This document shows positions 1-7,375 of a stretch of DNA of 11,975 nucleotides, one piece after another (position 1 is the stretch's first letter; every line of letters begins with the position of its first letter). The notes below the pieces were generated by a model. The model was given only the letters and a program-made list of their open reading frames with translations. It was not told the origin of the DNA and made no database searches. Origin of the DNA: Armatimonadota bacterium (GTDB lineage Bacteria; Armatimonadota; Zipacnadia; Zipacnadales; UBA5352); assembly GCA_034722055.1 (NCBI GenBank), contig JAYENL010000084.1, positions 1 through 11,975 on the forward strand, read 5' to 3'. Both the position numbers and the translations under genes were made by a program.

Positions 1-240
1 GTTGGGCCGTCCGCATCTGGATCGCCCAACGGCGCACGGACAAGAGTGTCCGCACCACGGACAGCGGCATTTGCCCAGCCGTTTGGAGGGGCCGGTCTCC
101 GTCCCGGCCCGGTCGTTGTTGTTGGGCCGTCCGCATCTGGATCGCCCAACGGCGCACGGACAAGAGTGTCCGCACCACGGACAGCGGCATTTGCCCAGCC
201 GTTTGGAGGGGCCGGTCTCCGTCCCGGCCCGGTCGTTGTC
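1..240. repeat. 120-bp tandem direct repeat, 2 copies visible (may continue upstream of the window)
   Basis: 1-120 and 121-240 are identical except the last base (T120 vs C240). Each unit has three palindromes: GTTGGGC/GCCCAAC (1-30), CGGACA-AGAG-TGTCCG (37-52) and GGGCCGG/CCGGCCC (89-110). Confidence 0.97.
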
Positions 241-359
241 TCCATCCTTCGCGCAGGTCGGGCTTCCGGAGATCGCAAGCGATCTCACCGACAACGCCAA
301 ACGACGTGCGGAGGAGGGCCTCCGCACCACGGACAGAGACCAGAGGTCTCTGGTGTCCG
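204..359. repeat. REP/REPIN-like palindrome cluster (diverged third unit plus terminal hairpin)
   Basis: Perfect hairpins GAGATCGC-AA-GCGATCTC (269-286), GTGCGGAGG-AGGG-CCTCCGCAC (306-327) and CAGAGACC-AGA-GGTCTCTG (335-353). The flank TCCGCACCACGGACAG at 321-336 matches 49-64 and 169-184. On the minus strand it reads GTGG followed by the palindrome, the usual REP 'foot' layout. Confidence 0.65.
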
Positions 360-420
360 GAGGCTCGCGGCCGAGCTCATACCGTTGCCGTCCGCACACA
401 CTGTCTTCCGGGAGAACGCC

Positions 421-2856
421 ATGACACGACCCTCGAGTGCTCTGATGCTGCTGGTTGCCGCCACCGCCGCGCACGCCCAGGTCTACGAGCCCATGGGCGA
501 GACGGTCGGCTTTCTGGTCCGCGCGGAGCAGCCCGCCGGCTGCATCGTGCTGCCCGCCGAGGCCACCGAGCACGAGCGCGCTGCGGCGGAGGAGCTGCAC
601 CGATACCTCCTGCGCATCTCCGGCTGCGAGCTGCCGATCCTCGACGAGGGCGAGCACCTGCAGGGCTATCCCGCCTATGTGGGCCGCACTGAGTTCGCCC
701 GCGAGCGCGGCCTGGTGGACCGCGCCGAGGCGCTGGACGACGAGGGCCTGCTGATGGTCGCCGACGAGGACGGCCTGGCGCTGCTGGGCGGCGGGGACCT
801 GGGCACACACTATGCCGTGTACGCCTTCCTGGAGGAGAAGCTGGGCGTGAGATGGTTCAACCCCGACCCGCTGGGCGAGATCGTCCCGGAGATGCCGGCG
901 GTCGAGATCGGGCGCCTGGACGAGGAGCAGACGCCCGACTTCCGGATGCGCTGGATCGGCCGAGGAGAGTGGGCGCTGCATAACCGTCAGAACGTGGCTC
1001 TGCCCGACCAGAGCCTGGGGCTGAAGGTCTTCGCCTCCGCGCATACCTGGCGGCGTTTCGTGCCGCCTGACGAGCACCACGACGAGCACCCGGAGTGGTT
1101 CGCGCTGGTGGGCGGGCGCCGGCAGCGATTCGACGGTCATCATCGCAATCAGCTCTGCACCAGCAACCCCGAGGTCACCGCCGCCGTAGTTGAGGCGATG
1201 CAGCGGACCCTGGACGCCGACCCGGACCTGGACATCATCACGCTCTTCCCCAACGATGGCAATGGCTTCTGCGAGTGCGCCGACTGCCGCGCCCTGGACG
1301 AGGACACCACCTACTCGGTCGATGACGTGAACTCGGCCTGGGCCACCAGCGACTGGGAGAAGCATCGCACGCTCTCGCGCCGGATGACGCTGCACTATGC
1401 CGAGTGCGCCCGCCGGCTCGCCGAGACGCACCCGGATGCACTCGTGAAGAGCGGCATCTACGCCTCGTATCTTCTGACGCCGCTGGACGATGACCTGACC
1501 GTGCCCGACAACTGCCTCGGCCAGCTCTGTCACGGCTGGTGCCACAATCACGCCATCACCGATCCCGACTGTGCCATCAACCGGGACTTCCGGGAGTCGC
1601 TGGAGGGCTGGGGCGAGGTCTACTCCAACCTCTGCCTCTACGAGTACTACTACAAGGTCGCCGCCCTGCAGCTTCCCTTCCCCATCATCCACTCCATGCG
1701 CCAGGACATCCCATGGTTGCGCGATCAGGGTCTCTTCGGGATCTACACTCAGTACACCCGCAACTGGTGGACCATCGGCCTCAACTACTACGTGGCCGGG
1801 AAGCTGCTGTGGGACGCCGACCTGGACGTGGATGCGCTGGTAGAGGACTCCTACCGGAAGATGTACGGCGCCGCCTGGGAGCCGATGCGCGACTACTGGG
1901 AGGCCTACGAGCGCGCGGCTGTTGAGGCCGACGTGCACCTGTCGGCGGAGTATGCCGAGCTGCCCCTGATCTTCACGCGCGAGCTCATCGACGCCCAGGC
2001 CGCGCGTCTCGACCAGGCGCGGACCATGGCTGGGACGGATGACGTTCGCGACCGCATCGAGCTTGCCGGAGTCGTGCTGGGCTACGTGGATATCGCCATG
2101 CGCTACATGGACCTGGTGATGGCCGAGGCCCGCACCATGGCGGATGCGCGATGGTCGCGAACCGATGAGGTGCCTGACGAGCTGCTGGCGGCGGCGGAGG
2201 CCGTCCGGACTTACCTGCAGCAGCACGCCGATACGAACTGCTTTGCCAGCGGCAGCAACAACTACATCACGCGCTTCCTCAACGCGCCCGGCGCCGTCTC
2301 GGCGTCCCTCCCCTTCGTGGCCGAAGAGACGGGGCCGCTGACCAAGCGCCAGTGGCTCGAGAGCCAGGGCAGTGAGCCTCATCCCGGGCCCCCACCGGAC
2401 AGCTTCGCCATCTGGCTCTACGCCAACGACATCGACGGGGAGGATGGCAGGCCGGAGCACGAGCTTCGCCTGCAGGGGCCCGATGGCCGATACGAGACCG
2501 TCGCCGCGCTCATCGATGAGTCGGCCCGCGCCGCCAACAGGCGCAACGCGGCCTTCGTCATCGGTGGCCTGGAGGGCTCCCGCTACATCCGGGACGGGAA
2601 GCTGCACCTGCGCCTGGTCAACCTGCCCGAGGACTGGTTCCTGTCCACCGTGTACGCGGCCTACGTCATGCCCGACCTGGAGGCGCCAACCGACATCATG
2701 GCCACCGATCTCATCGAGACCGACCTGGAGCGCCTGCGGGCGGCGGCCGCCGGCTTCCACGAGTACGGATTCCGGGGCGTACGCAACGGCGAGAGCCAGC
2801 CGCTCGACGAGACCATCGAGGTCTTCGCCTTCCCGGACGTGGCGCTTCTGGAGTGA
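421..2856 (+). CDS. Secreted DUF4838-type protein (GH20/GH67-like N-terminal module, putative TIM-barrel, extra C-terminal domain), 811 aa
   Basis: ATG at 421 after GGAG (411-414). Signal peptide MTRPSSALMLLVAATAAHA-Q. N-terminal 'AAEELHRYLLRISGCELPI...GTHYAVYAFLEEKLGVRWFNP' module. DUF4838-like motifs HPEWFAL, QLCTSNPEV, PNDGNGFCECADC, YEYY and LNYYVAGKLLWD. The ORF-track extension to 46 only reads through the repeat. Confidence 0.85.
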   Translation: MTRPSSALMLLVAATAAHAQVYEPMGETVGFLVRAEQPAGCIVLPAEATEHERAAAEELHRYLLRISGCELPILDEGEHLQGYPAYVGRTEFARERGLVDRAEALDDEGLLMVADEDGLALLGGGDLGTHYAVYAFLEEKLGVRWFNPDPLGEIVPEMPAVEIGRLDEEQTPDFRMRWIGRGEWALHNRQNVALPDQSLGLKVFASAHTWRRFVPPDEHHDEHPEWFALVGGRRQRFDGHHRNQLCTSNPEVTAAVVEAMQRTLDADPDLDIITLFPNDGNGFCECADCRALDEDTTYSVDDVNSAWATSDWEKHRTLSRRMTLHYAECARRLAETHPDALVKSGIYASYLLTPLDDDLTVPDNCLGQLCHGWCHNHAITDPDCAINRDFRESLEGWGEVYSNLCLYEYYYKVAALQLPFPIIHSMRQDIPWLRDQGLFGIYTQYTRNWWTIGLNYYVAGKLLWDADLDVDALVEDSYRKMYGAAWEPMRDYWEAYERAAVEADVHLSAEYAELPLIFTRELIDAQAARLDQARTMAGTDDVRDRIELAGVVLGYVDIAMRYMDLVMAEARTMADARWSRTDEVPDELLAAAEAVRTYLQQHADTNCFASGSNNYITRFLNAPGAVSASLPFVAEETGPLTKRQWLESQGSEPHPGPPPDSFAIWLYANDIDGEDGRPEHELRLQGPDGRYETVAALIDESARAANRRNAAFVIGGLEGSRYIRDGKLHLRLVNLPEDWFLSTVYAAYVMPDLEAPTDIMATDLIETDLERLRAAAAGFHEYGFRGVRNGESQPLDETIEVFAFPDVALLE

Positions 2857-2872
2857 GGCCGCGCAGCGCAGG

Positions 2873-3631
2873 TCATCGGCCTGGATGGGGCACGAGGCCC
2901 AGCGTGTCGTCAGGGGCCATCGGCACCGCCTTCGCCTGCCACTTCTCCCCGAAGTGCTTGCCCATCAGCAGCCGCCCCTCGCCCCAGCCAACAAGCCCGA
3001 TTGAGGGCGATACGTCATAGATGCCTACCAGCTTCATATCCAGATCCGTCTTGAGCAGCCCCTTCTCGCCGTCAACGGTATAGCAGCCGAACCACCAGAA
3101 GCCGTCGTGGCAGCATGCGGTCTGGATGCCGAGGTTGGTGTACCCGCTGGGGATGGTGTGCGTCTGCACGTGCTCGAAGTCGGCGCTATACTCGTAGACG
3201 TAGTTCTCCTCGTACCCCTCCGGGAGACCGCCGACGACGAAGAAGTGGCCCTGGTGGTGGTCCATCCCCCCCGCGCCGAAGGTCACCTCGGGTACGGCCA
3301 CGGTGTCGAGCAGCGACAGGTCGTCGGCATCGTAGATGTAGACATGCGAGTCAGCGCCCGGCTCGTTGAACCTGTCAGACCACGCCACGTAGAGTCTGTC
3401 CTCCACCAGACACAGGTCGCCATGATGATACGGCACCTCCGCCCGTGCCAGCACGCGGCCTCGCAGGTCGGTCTTGACCAGCACGGTTGTGAAGCTCCAG
3501 TAGAGGGTGTCCGCGCCGTTGCCCGCGATCCCCTGCAGGTGCCCGGGGTACCGGCCCTCGCACACGATCTCATCCGGCACGTCGCCCCAGCATGCGCATG
3601 TGAGTGTGGACATCAGGCCGACGTACACCAT
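2873..3631 (-). CDS. Exported hypothetical protein, 252 aa, probably beta-propeller-like
   Basis: GGAGG (3645-3641) lies 9 nt upstream of ATG 3631. Hydrophobic N-terminus MVYVGLMSTLTCACWG. Repeated beta-rich blocks HLQGIA, YWSFTT, HHGDLC, VYIYDA, GAGGM, YVYEY, LGIQTA and WWFGCY. Converges on the upstream gene with a 16-bp gap. Confidence 0.75.
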   Translation of the reverse strand: MVYVGLMSTLTCACWGDVPDEIVCEGRYPGHLQGIAGNGADTLYWSFTTVLVKTDLRGRVLARAEVPYHHGDLCLVEDRLYVAWSDRFNEPGADSHVYIYDADDLSLLDTVAVPEVTFGAGGMDHHQGHFFVVGGLPEGYEENYVYEYSADFEHVQTHTIPSGYTNLGIQTACCHDGFWWFGCYTVDGEKGLLKTDLDMKLVGIYDVSPSIGLVGWGEGRLLMGKHFGEKWQAKAVPMAPDDTLGLVPHPGR

Positions 3632-3800
3632 GGTGCTTCGCCTCCACAGGAACGCGCTCAACACGGCTGCTTCCCTCACCTGTGCGCCACCGGTGTTGCA
3701 GTCACCTCCACCGGGCAGGACTATCCTGGTGGGGACGCGAAGAGACCTGCACGGGCGCTACATCCCTTCGAGACGCATCGCGGAGTCATCAGACGAAACC

Positions 3801-5579
3801 ATGGGCAGCATCCGGGTCCTCAGCGAGCAGATGGCCAACCGCATCGCCGCCGGCGAGGTGGTAGAGCGGCCCGCCAGCGTGGTGAAGGAGCTGGCCGAGA
3901 ACGCCCTTGACGCCGGTGCCTCGCGCCTGGAGGTGGAGCTGCAGGAGGGAGGCAAGCGGCTTATCCGGGTCACCGACGACGGCTGCGGCATGGACGCCGA
4001 GGACGCCGCCCTGGCGGTCCAGCGCTTCGCCACCTCCAAGATCCGCGACCCGGAAGACCTGGAGCGCATCGACACCATGGGCTTTCGCGGCGAGGCGCTG
4101 CCCAGCATCGCATCCGTCTCCCAGATGCGCATCACCACCCGCCCTCCGGACGCGGAGGAGGGGACCATGCTGACCGTCGAGGGCGGTGAGATCACCGACG
4201 CGCGGACCGCCGGCTGCCCGCCGGGGACCACCGTCGAGGTGGCGAATCTCTTCTACAACACCCCCGCCCGTCGCAAGTTCCTGCGCACCACCGCCACCGA
4301 GCGCGGACACTGCACCGACTGGGTCTCCTGGCTGGCGCTGGCCCGGCCCGACGTGGCCGTGAAGGTGGTGCATGATGGCACGGTGCTGCTGACCTCGCCC
4401 GGGCGAGATGACCTGCGAGCAACGGTCGCCGAGATCTATGGCTCCAACGTCGCCCGGCAGATGGTGCCGGTGGAGATCGATACCGGCGCCATCCGCATCA
4501 CCGGCCTCGTCAGCCGCCCGGACCTGACACGCACCTCCCGCAAGCACCAGGTCTTCATCGTCAACCGCCGCTACGTACGCAGCCCGGCCCTCGGACACGC
4601 CCTCTCCGAGGCCTACGGCATCCTGCTGCCGTCAGGGAAACAGCCCATGTGCGTGCTGCGGCTGGAGGTGCCCCCGCAGCTCGTGGACCCCAACGTCCAT
4701 CCCACCAAGATTGAGGTGCGCTTCCGCAACCGCGCCGAGGTCCACAACCTGGCGCAGCAGGCGGTGGAGGAGGCCCTCCAGCAGGCGGGCCTGAGGCCGC
4801 AGTCGGTGAGGCCGCGACAGGCGCCGGCCGACCGCGCGGGGCGATGGGAGGGCCCCGATGCGGCTGCCCAGATGCGCGCCCGACGGCTGCGGGTGAACCC
4901 CTTCGCCGAGCAGGTGGATGAGCGCGACGCGGGCGTGGAGGTCCACGGCGATGAGCCCGCCGGCGAGGCCGTCTTCCGGCCTGCGAAGGACCGCGAGCCG
5001 GAGCTGGCTCCGGCCGACCGGCTGGAGCCGCTGGGGCAGGTGGCCGCCACCTACATCGCCTGCCGCGCCGGCGAGGACCTGCTGCTGGTGGACCAGCACC
5101 GGGCCGCCGAGCGCGTCATCGCCGACAGGCTCTCCGGCGAGCGGGGCGAGGTGCGCCGGCAGATGCTGGTACTGCCGCTGACCCTGGAGCTGACCGACGC
5201 CGAACGCGCCGTCATCGAGGAGCATCGCCAGGCCCTGAGGGAGCTGGGCTTTCAGGTGGAGCCGTTCGGCGGCGGCGACTACATCGTGCGGTCGGTCCCG
5301 GCCTCGCTGGCGGATAGCGCCGTCGAGGAGGTGCTGCAGGGGATCGTGGAGGAGCTGGCCGAGGGCGGCAGCGCCGGCGAACAGGCGCGCGAGCTGCTCA
5401 TCGCCACCATCGCCTGCCACGCGGCCGTGAAGGCCGGCCAGGCTCTCACCGACCGCGAGGTCCACGAGCTCATCGAGGCCCTCAATGCCAGCCCCACGCC
5501 GGCTGTCTGCCCTCACGGGGACCCCATCATCGTCAGCGTTTCGCGCCAGGAGATCGACCGCAGATTCCGCAGGACGTGA
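3801..5579 (+). CDS. mutL: DNA mismatch repair protein MutL, 592 aa
   Basis: Begins MGSIRVLSEQMANRIAAGEVVERPASVVKELAENALDAGA. Contains DDGCGM, ATSKI, GFRGEALPSIASVS, LFYNTPARRKFL and VDPNVHPTKIEVRF. C-terminal DQH..ER, QMLVLP (clamp-binding-like), ACH, CPHG and FRR motifs. Confidence 0.98.
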   Translation: MGSIRVLSEQMANRIAAGEVVERPASVVKELAENALDAGASRLEVELQEGGKRLIRVTDDGCGMDAEDAALAVQRFATSKIRDPEDLERIDTMGFRGEALPSIASVSQMRITTRPPDAEEGTMLTVEGGEITDARTAGCPPGTTVEVANLFYNTPARRKFLRTTATERGHCTDWVSWLALARPDVAVKVVHDGTVLLTSPGRDDLRATVAEIYGSNVARQMVPVEIDTGAIRITGLVSRPDLTRTSRKHQVFIVNRRYVRSPALGHALSEAYGILLPSGKQPMCVLRLEVPPQLVDPNVHPTKIEVRFRNRAEVHNLAQQAVEEALQQAGLRPQSVRPRQAPADRAGRWEGPDAAAQMRARRLRVNPFAEQVDERDAGVEVHGDEPAGEAVFRPAKDREPELAPADRLEPLGQVAATYIACRAGEDLLLVDQHRAAERVIADRLSGERGEVRRQMLVLPLTLELTDAERAVIEEHRQALRELGFQVEPFGGGDYIVRSVPASLADSAVEEVLQGIVEELAEGGSAGEQARELLIATIACHAAVKAGQALTDREVHELIEALNASPTPAVCPHGDPIIVSVSRQEIDRRFRRT

Positions 5580-5581
5580 GG

Positions 5582-5727
5582 GACGAGCCGAATCGCAGGG
5601 AGGCGTTTCGCCCTCAGTCAGGAATACCTTCCACGAGATACTTCACCAGGTGCGTGCGGGCTGAGTGGAGGTACGAGGGCCGGCGGACGGATGCTAAAGA
5701 GCTGACTGAGGGCCGCCGGCGCTCGTC
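5582..5727. other. Extended imperfect hairpin (candidate structured RNA or palindromic element)
   Basis: Nested complementary segments: GACGAGC 5582-5588 with GCTCGTC 5721-5727; perfect 12-bp GCCCTCAGTCAG 5610-5621 with CTGACTGAGGGC 5702-5713; TACCT(T)CCAC 5625-5634 with GTGGAGGTA 5665-5673. Confidence 0.4.
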
Positions 5728-5855
5728 GAGCAGGGAGATGAAGCCGGCGGACGACACGCGCGGATCAAGGCGGCCGCCGGGTCCGAAGCCGTGTGACGCC
5801 GGCGGCTCATAGGAGCCGCGCTGATGCGCGGTAACAGAAAGGGAGCGAGACGACC

Positions 5856-6452
5856 ATGAGGCCACGAACTTCGTTGCTGATCGTGCTGACGGTTCTCGGC
5901 ATGCTTCTGGCCTTCGGCCTGCAGGGCTGCCTCTTCGGCGGAGGCGGCGAGGAGGCAGCCGAGGAGGGCGGTGAGGCCGCAGGTCCGCCCGGCGGTGAGG
6001 CCCCCGGCGGCATGCCCGGCGAGATGGGCGGCGCGCCCGGGGAGATGGCCGGCCCACCCGGGGAGGCCGGACCAGCAGGCGGCGGACCCCCGGCCGGCCC
6101 GGAGGGCGGCATGGAACCCGGAATGCCCGGTGAGGCCGCAGGCCCCGGCATGGGGATGGGCGCCATGCCGGGCGAGGAGGCGGAACCCGCTGTGGGCGGC
6201 GACGCTGCCGCACTCGTCAAGGAGGGCATGAACCTCAAGCATCAGGGCAGGTACACCGCCGCGCGCGACAAGTTCGAGGCCGCCATCGCGGCGGACGCCT
6301 CGAACGTAGACGCGCACTGGGGTCTGGCCTGGATACTCGCCGAGATGGGCGAGACCGACAAGGCCATCGAGCAGTTCGAGACGGTCAAGGAGCTCGGCGC
6401 CTCTCCCGAGCGCATAGCGGAGGCTAACAAGGCCCTCGACCGGCTCCAGTAG
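5856..6452 (+). CDS. Lipoprotein with low-complexity G/P/E/A/M linker and C-terminal TPR pair, 198 aa
   Basis: RBS AAAGGGAG at 5838-5845. Basic and hydrophobic signal ending in lipobox LQG-C (Cys25). C-terminal TPR-like helices 'ALVKEGMNLKHQGRYTAARDKFEAAIAADASNVDAHWGLAWILAEMGETDKAIEQFETV'. Confidence 0.85.
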   Translation: MRPRTSLLIVLTVLGMLLAFGLQGCLFGGGGEEAAEEGGEAAGPPGGEAPGGMPGEMGGAPGEMAGPPGEAGPAGGGPPAGPEGGMEPGMPGEAAGPGMGMGAMPGEEAEPAVGGDAAALVKEGMNLKHQGRYTAARDKFEAAIAADASNVDAHWGLAWILAEMGETDKAIEQFETVKELGASPERIAEANKALDRLQ

Positions 6453-6493
6453 GCCCGCCCGAGGCCGGTCTCACGCCTTCTCAGAGCGAACGC

Positions 6494-6531
6494 ACAGGCG
6501 GCGCGCCCTGACCGCAGGGCGCGCCGCCTGT
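6494..6531. terminator. Perfect 17-bp stem-loop between convergent genes (bidirectional terminator-like, or a REP-like element)
   Basis: ACAGGCGGCGCGCCCTG (6494-6510), loop ACCG, CAGGGCGCGCCGCCTGT (6515-6531). No poly-U tract on either side. Confidence 0.6.
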
Positions 6532-6598
6532 CTACGCGCGTGTCCCAGTCGCGAACGCGATCAGTAGCTATGTGGCGCTGCTCGCCGTTCGCTCACCG

Positions 6599-7324
6599 TC
6601 AGCCCAGCGTCGCCCCGATTACGTCGCCGAAGTCCTCGAAGGGGATGTAGGTCACACCGGTCTCCGCCAGCAGCTCCGCCAGATGGTCCTTGGCGAAGAC
6701 CACGTCCGCCTCCCGGGCGGGGCACCGATCGGAGTAGCCATCACCGATGTAGATGACGCGATCGTATCTGAGGCGTAATCGCTTCAAGTGATCGGTCTTG
6801 CAGTTGCCGCACCTCATGCACTCCTCGTTGGAGTGCGGGAAGCTTATCTTCACTCCCTGCGGGATCAGCTCTCCCCGGTTGACATAGCGGGTGATGCACT
6901 CCCGCGGCCTTAGCGGGTCGGGGTCCCCGTCGCAGATCTCCAGCCCTATGCGCTGCAGCATCCTGTCCAGGTAGAAGCTCAGCCCGTCGCTGGCGACCAC
7001 CACCTCCGCGCCCGCATCGCGGGCTCCACGCACGAACTCCAGGAAGCGCTCATCCACCTCGATGCTGTCGATCAGCGCCAGTAGCTCGTGCCGCGGCACG
7101 TCCACCAGCCCCCACTGCCCCTCCAGGCACTCGATGGAGCTGATCTCGCGGTCCCTCCAGCGATACTCGAAGTCCCAGGCCTCGTCCAGGCCCAGCGTGT
7201 CGAAGACCACCCAGCCGGTGTCCCGCTTCGTGATCGTTCCGTCGAAGTCGCTCATCACCAGATCGCCGGGCCGGAGCTTCAGCTCCTGCGCCCGGCGGAT
7301 CGCGGCCTGCTTGACGTCAGTCAT
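6599..7324 (-). CDS. MtnX-like HAD-IB family phosphatase, ~241 aa (alternative start at 7357)
   Basis: HAD motif I SDFDGTIT, motif II VASDG, motif III 'CMRCGNCK' and motif IV YIGDGYSDRCPA, followed by DVVFAK. GAGGTG lies upstream of ATG 7324, and there is an in-frame alternative ATG at 7357. Confidence 0.88.
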   Translation of the reverse strand: MTDVKQAAIRRAQELKLRPGDLVMSDFDGTITKRDTGWVVFDTLGLDEAWDFEYRWRDREISSIECLEGQWGLVDVPRHELLALIDSIEVDERFLEFVRGARDAGAEVVVASDGLSFYLDRMLQRIGLEICDGDPDPLRPRECITRYVNRGELIPQGVKISFPHSNEECMRCGNCKTDHLKRLRLRYDRVIYIGDGYSDRCPAREADVVFAKDHLAELLAETGVTYIPFEDFGDVIGATLG

Positions 7325-7375
7325 TATCGGAAAGGCACCTCGCGGTGTCGCTTGCATGCTGGTCTTCCTGCGCTC

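Noticed and set aside
1..336. CRISPR array
   Set aside because: The unit is 120 bp and duplicated in full, with no regular pattern of short repeats and unique spacers. No cas genes are in the window.
2..424. ORF 2..424 and the 46-420 N-terminal extension of the DUF4838-type ORF
   Set aside because: These are read-through of the in-frame 120-bp repeat. The RBS and signal peptide place the start at 421.
3696..3727. TTGCAG...TATCCT as the mutL promoter
   Set aside because: The 20-bp spacing is too long and the matches are weak.
3507..3800. N-terminal extension of MutL
   Set aside because: It overlaps the opposite-strand gene, and the MutL-like sequence begins at ATG 3801.
5586..5720. c-di-AMP (ydaO) or c-di-GMP riboswitch
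   Set aside because: GCCGAATC and GGAATACCTTC resemble ydaO fragments, but the conserved CCCGxCAGCTAAC core and the GNRA/receptor elements are absent.
5576..5812. 78-aa ORF after mutL
   Set aside because: No recognisable motif, Arg/Pro-rich shadow-like composition, and it coincides with the palindromic region.
6463..6472. GGCCGGTCTC shared with the repeat at 90-99
   Set aside because: Only a 10-mer in high-GC DNA, without the partner arm.
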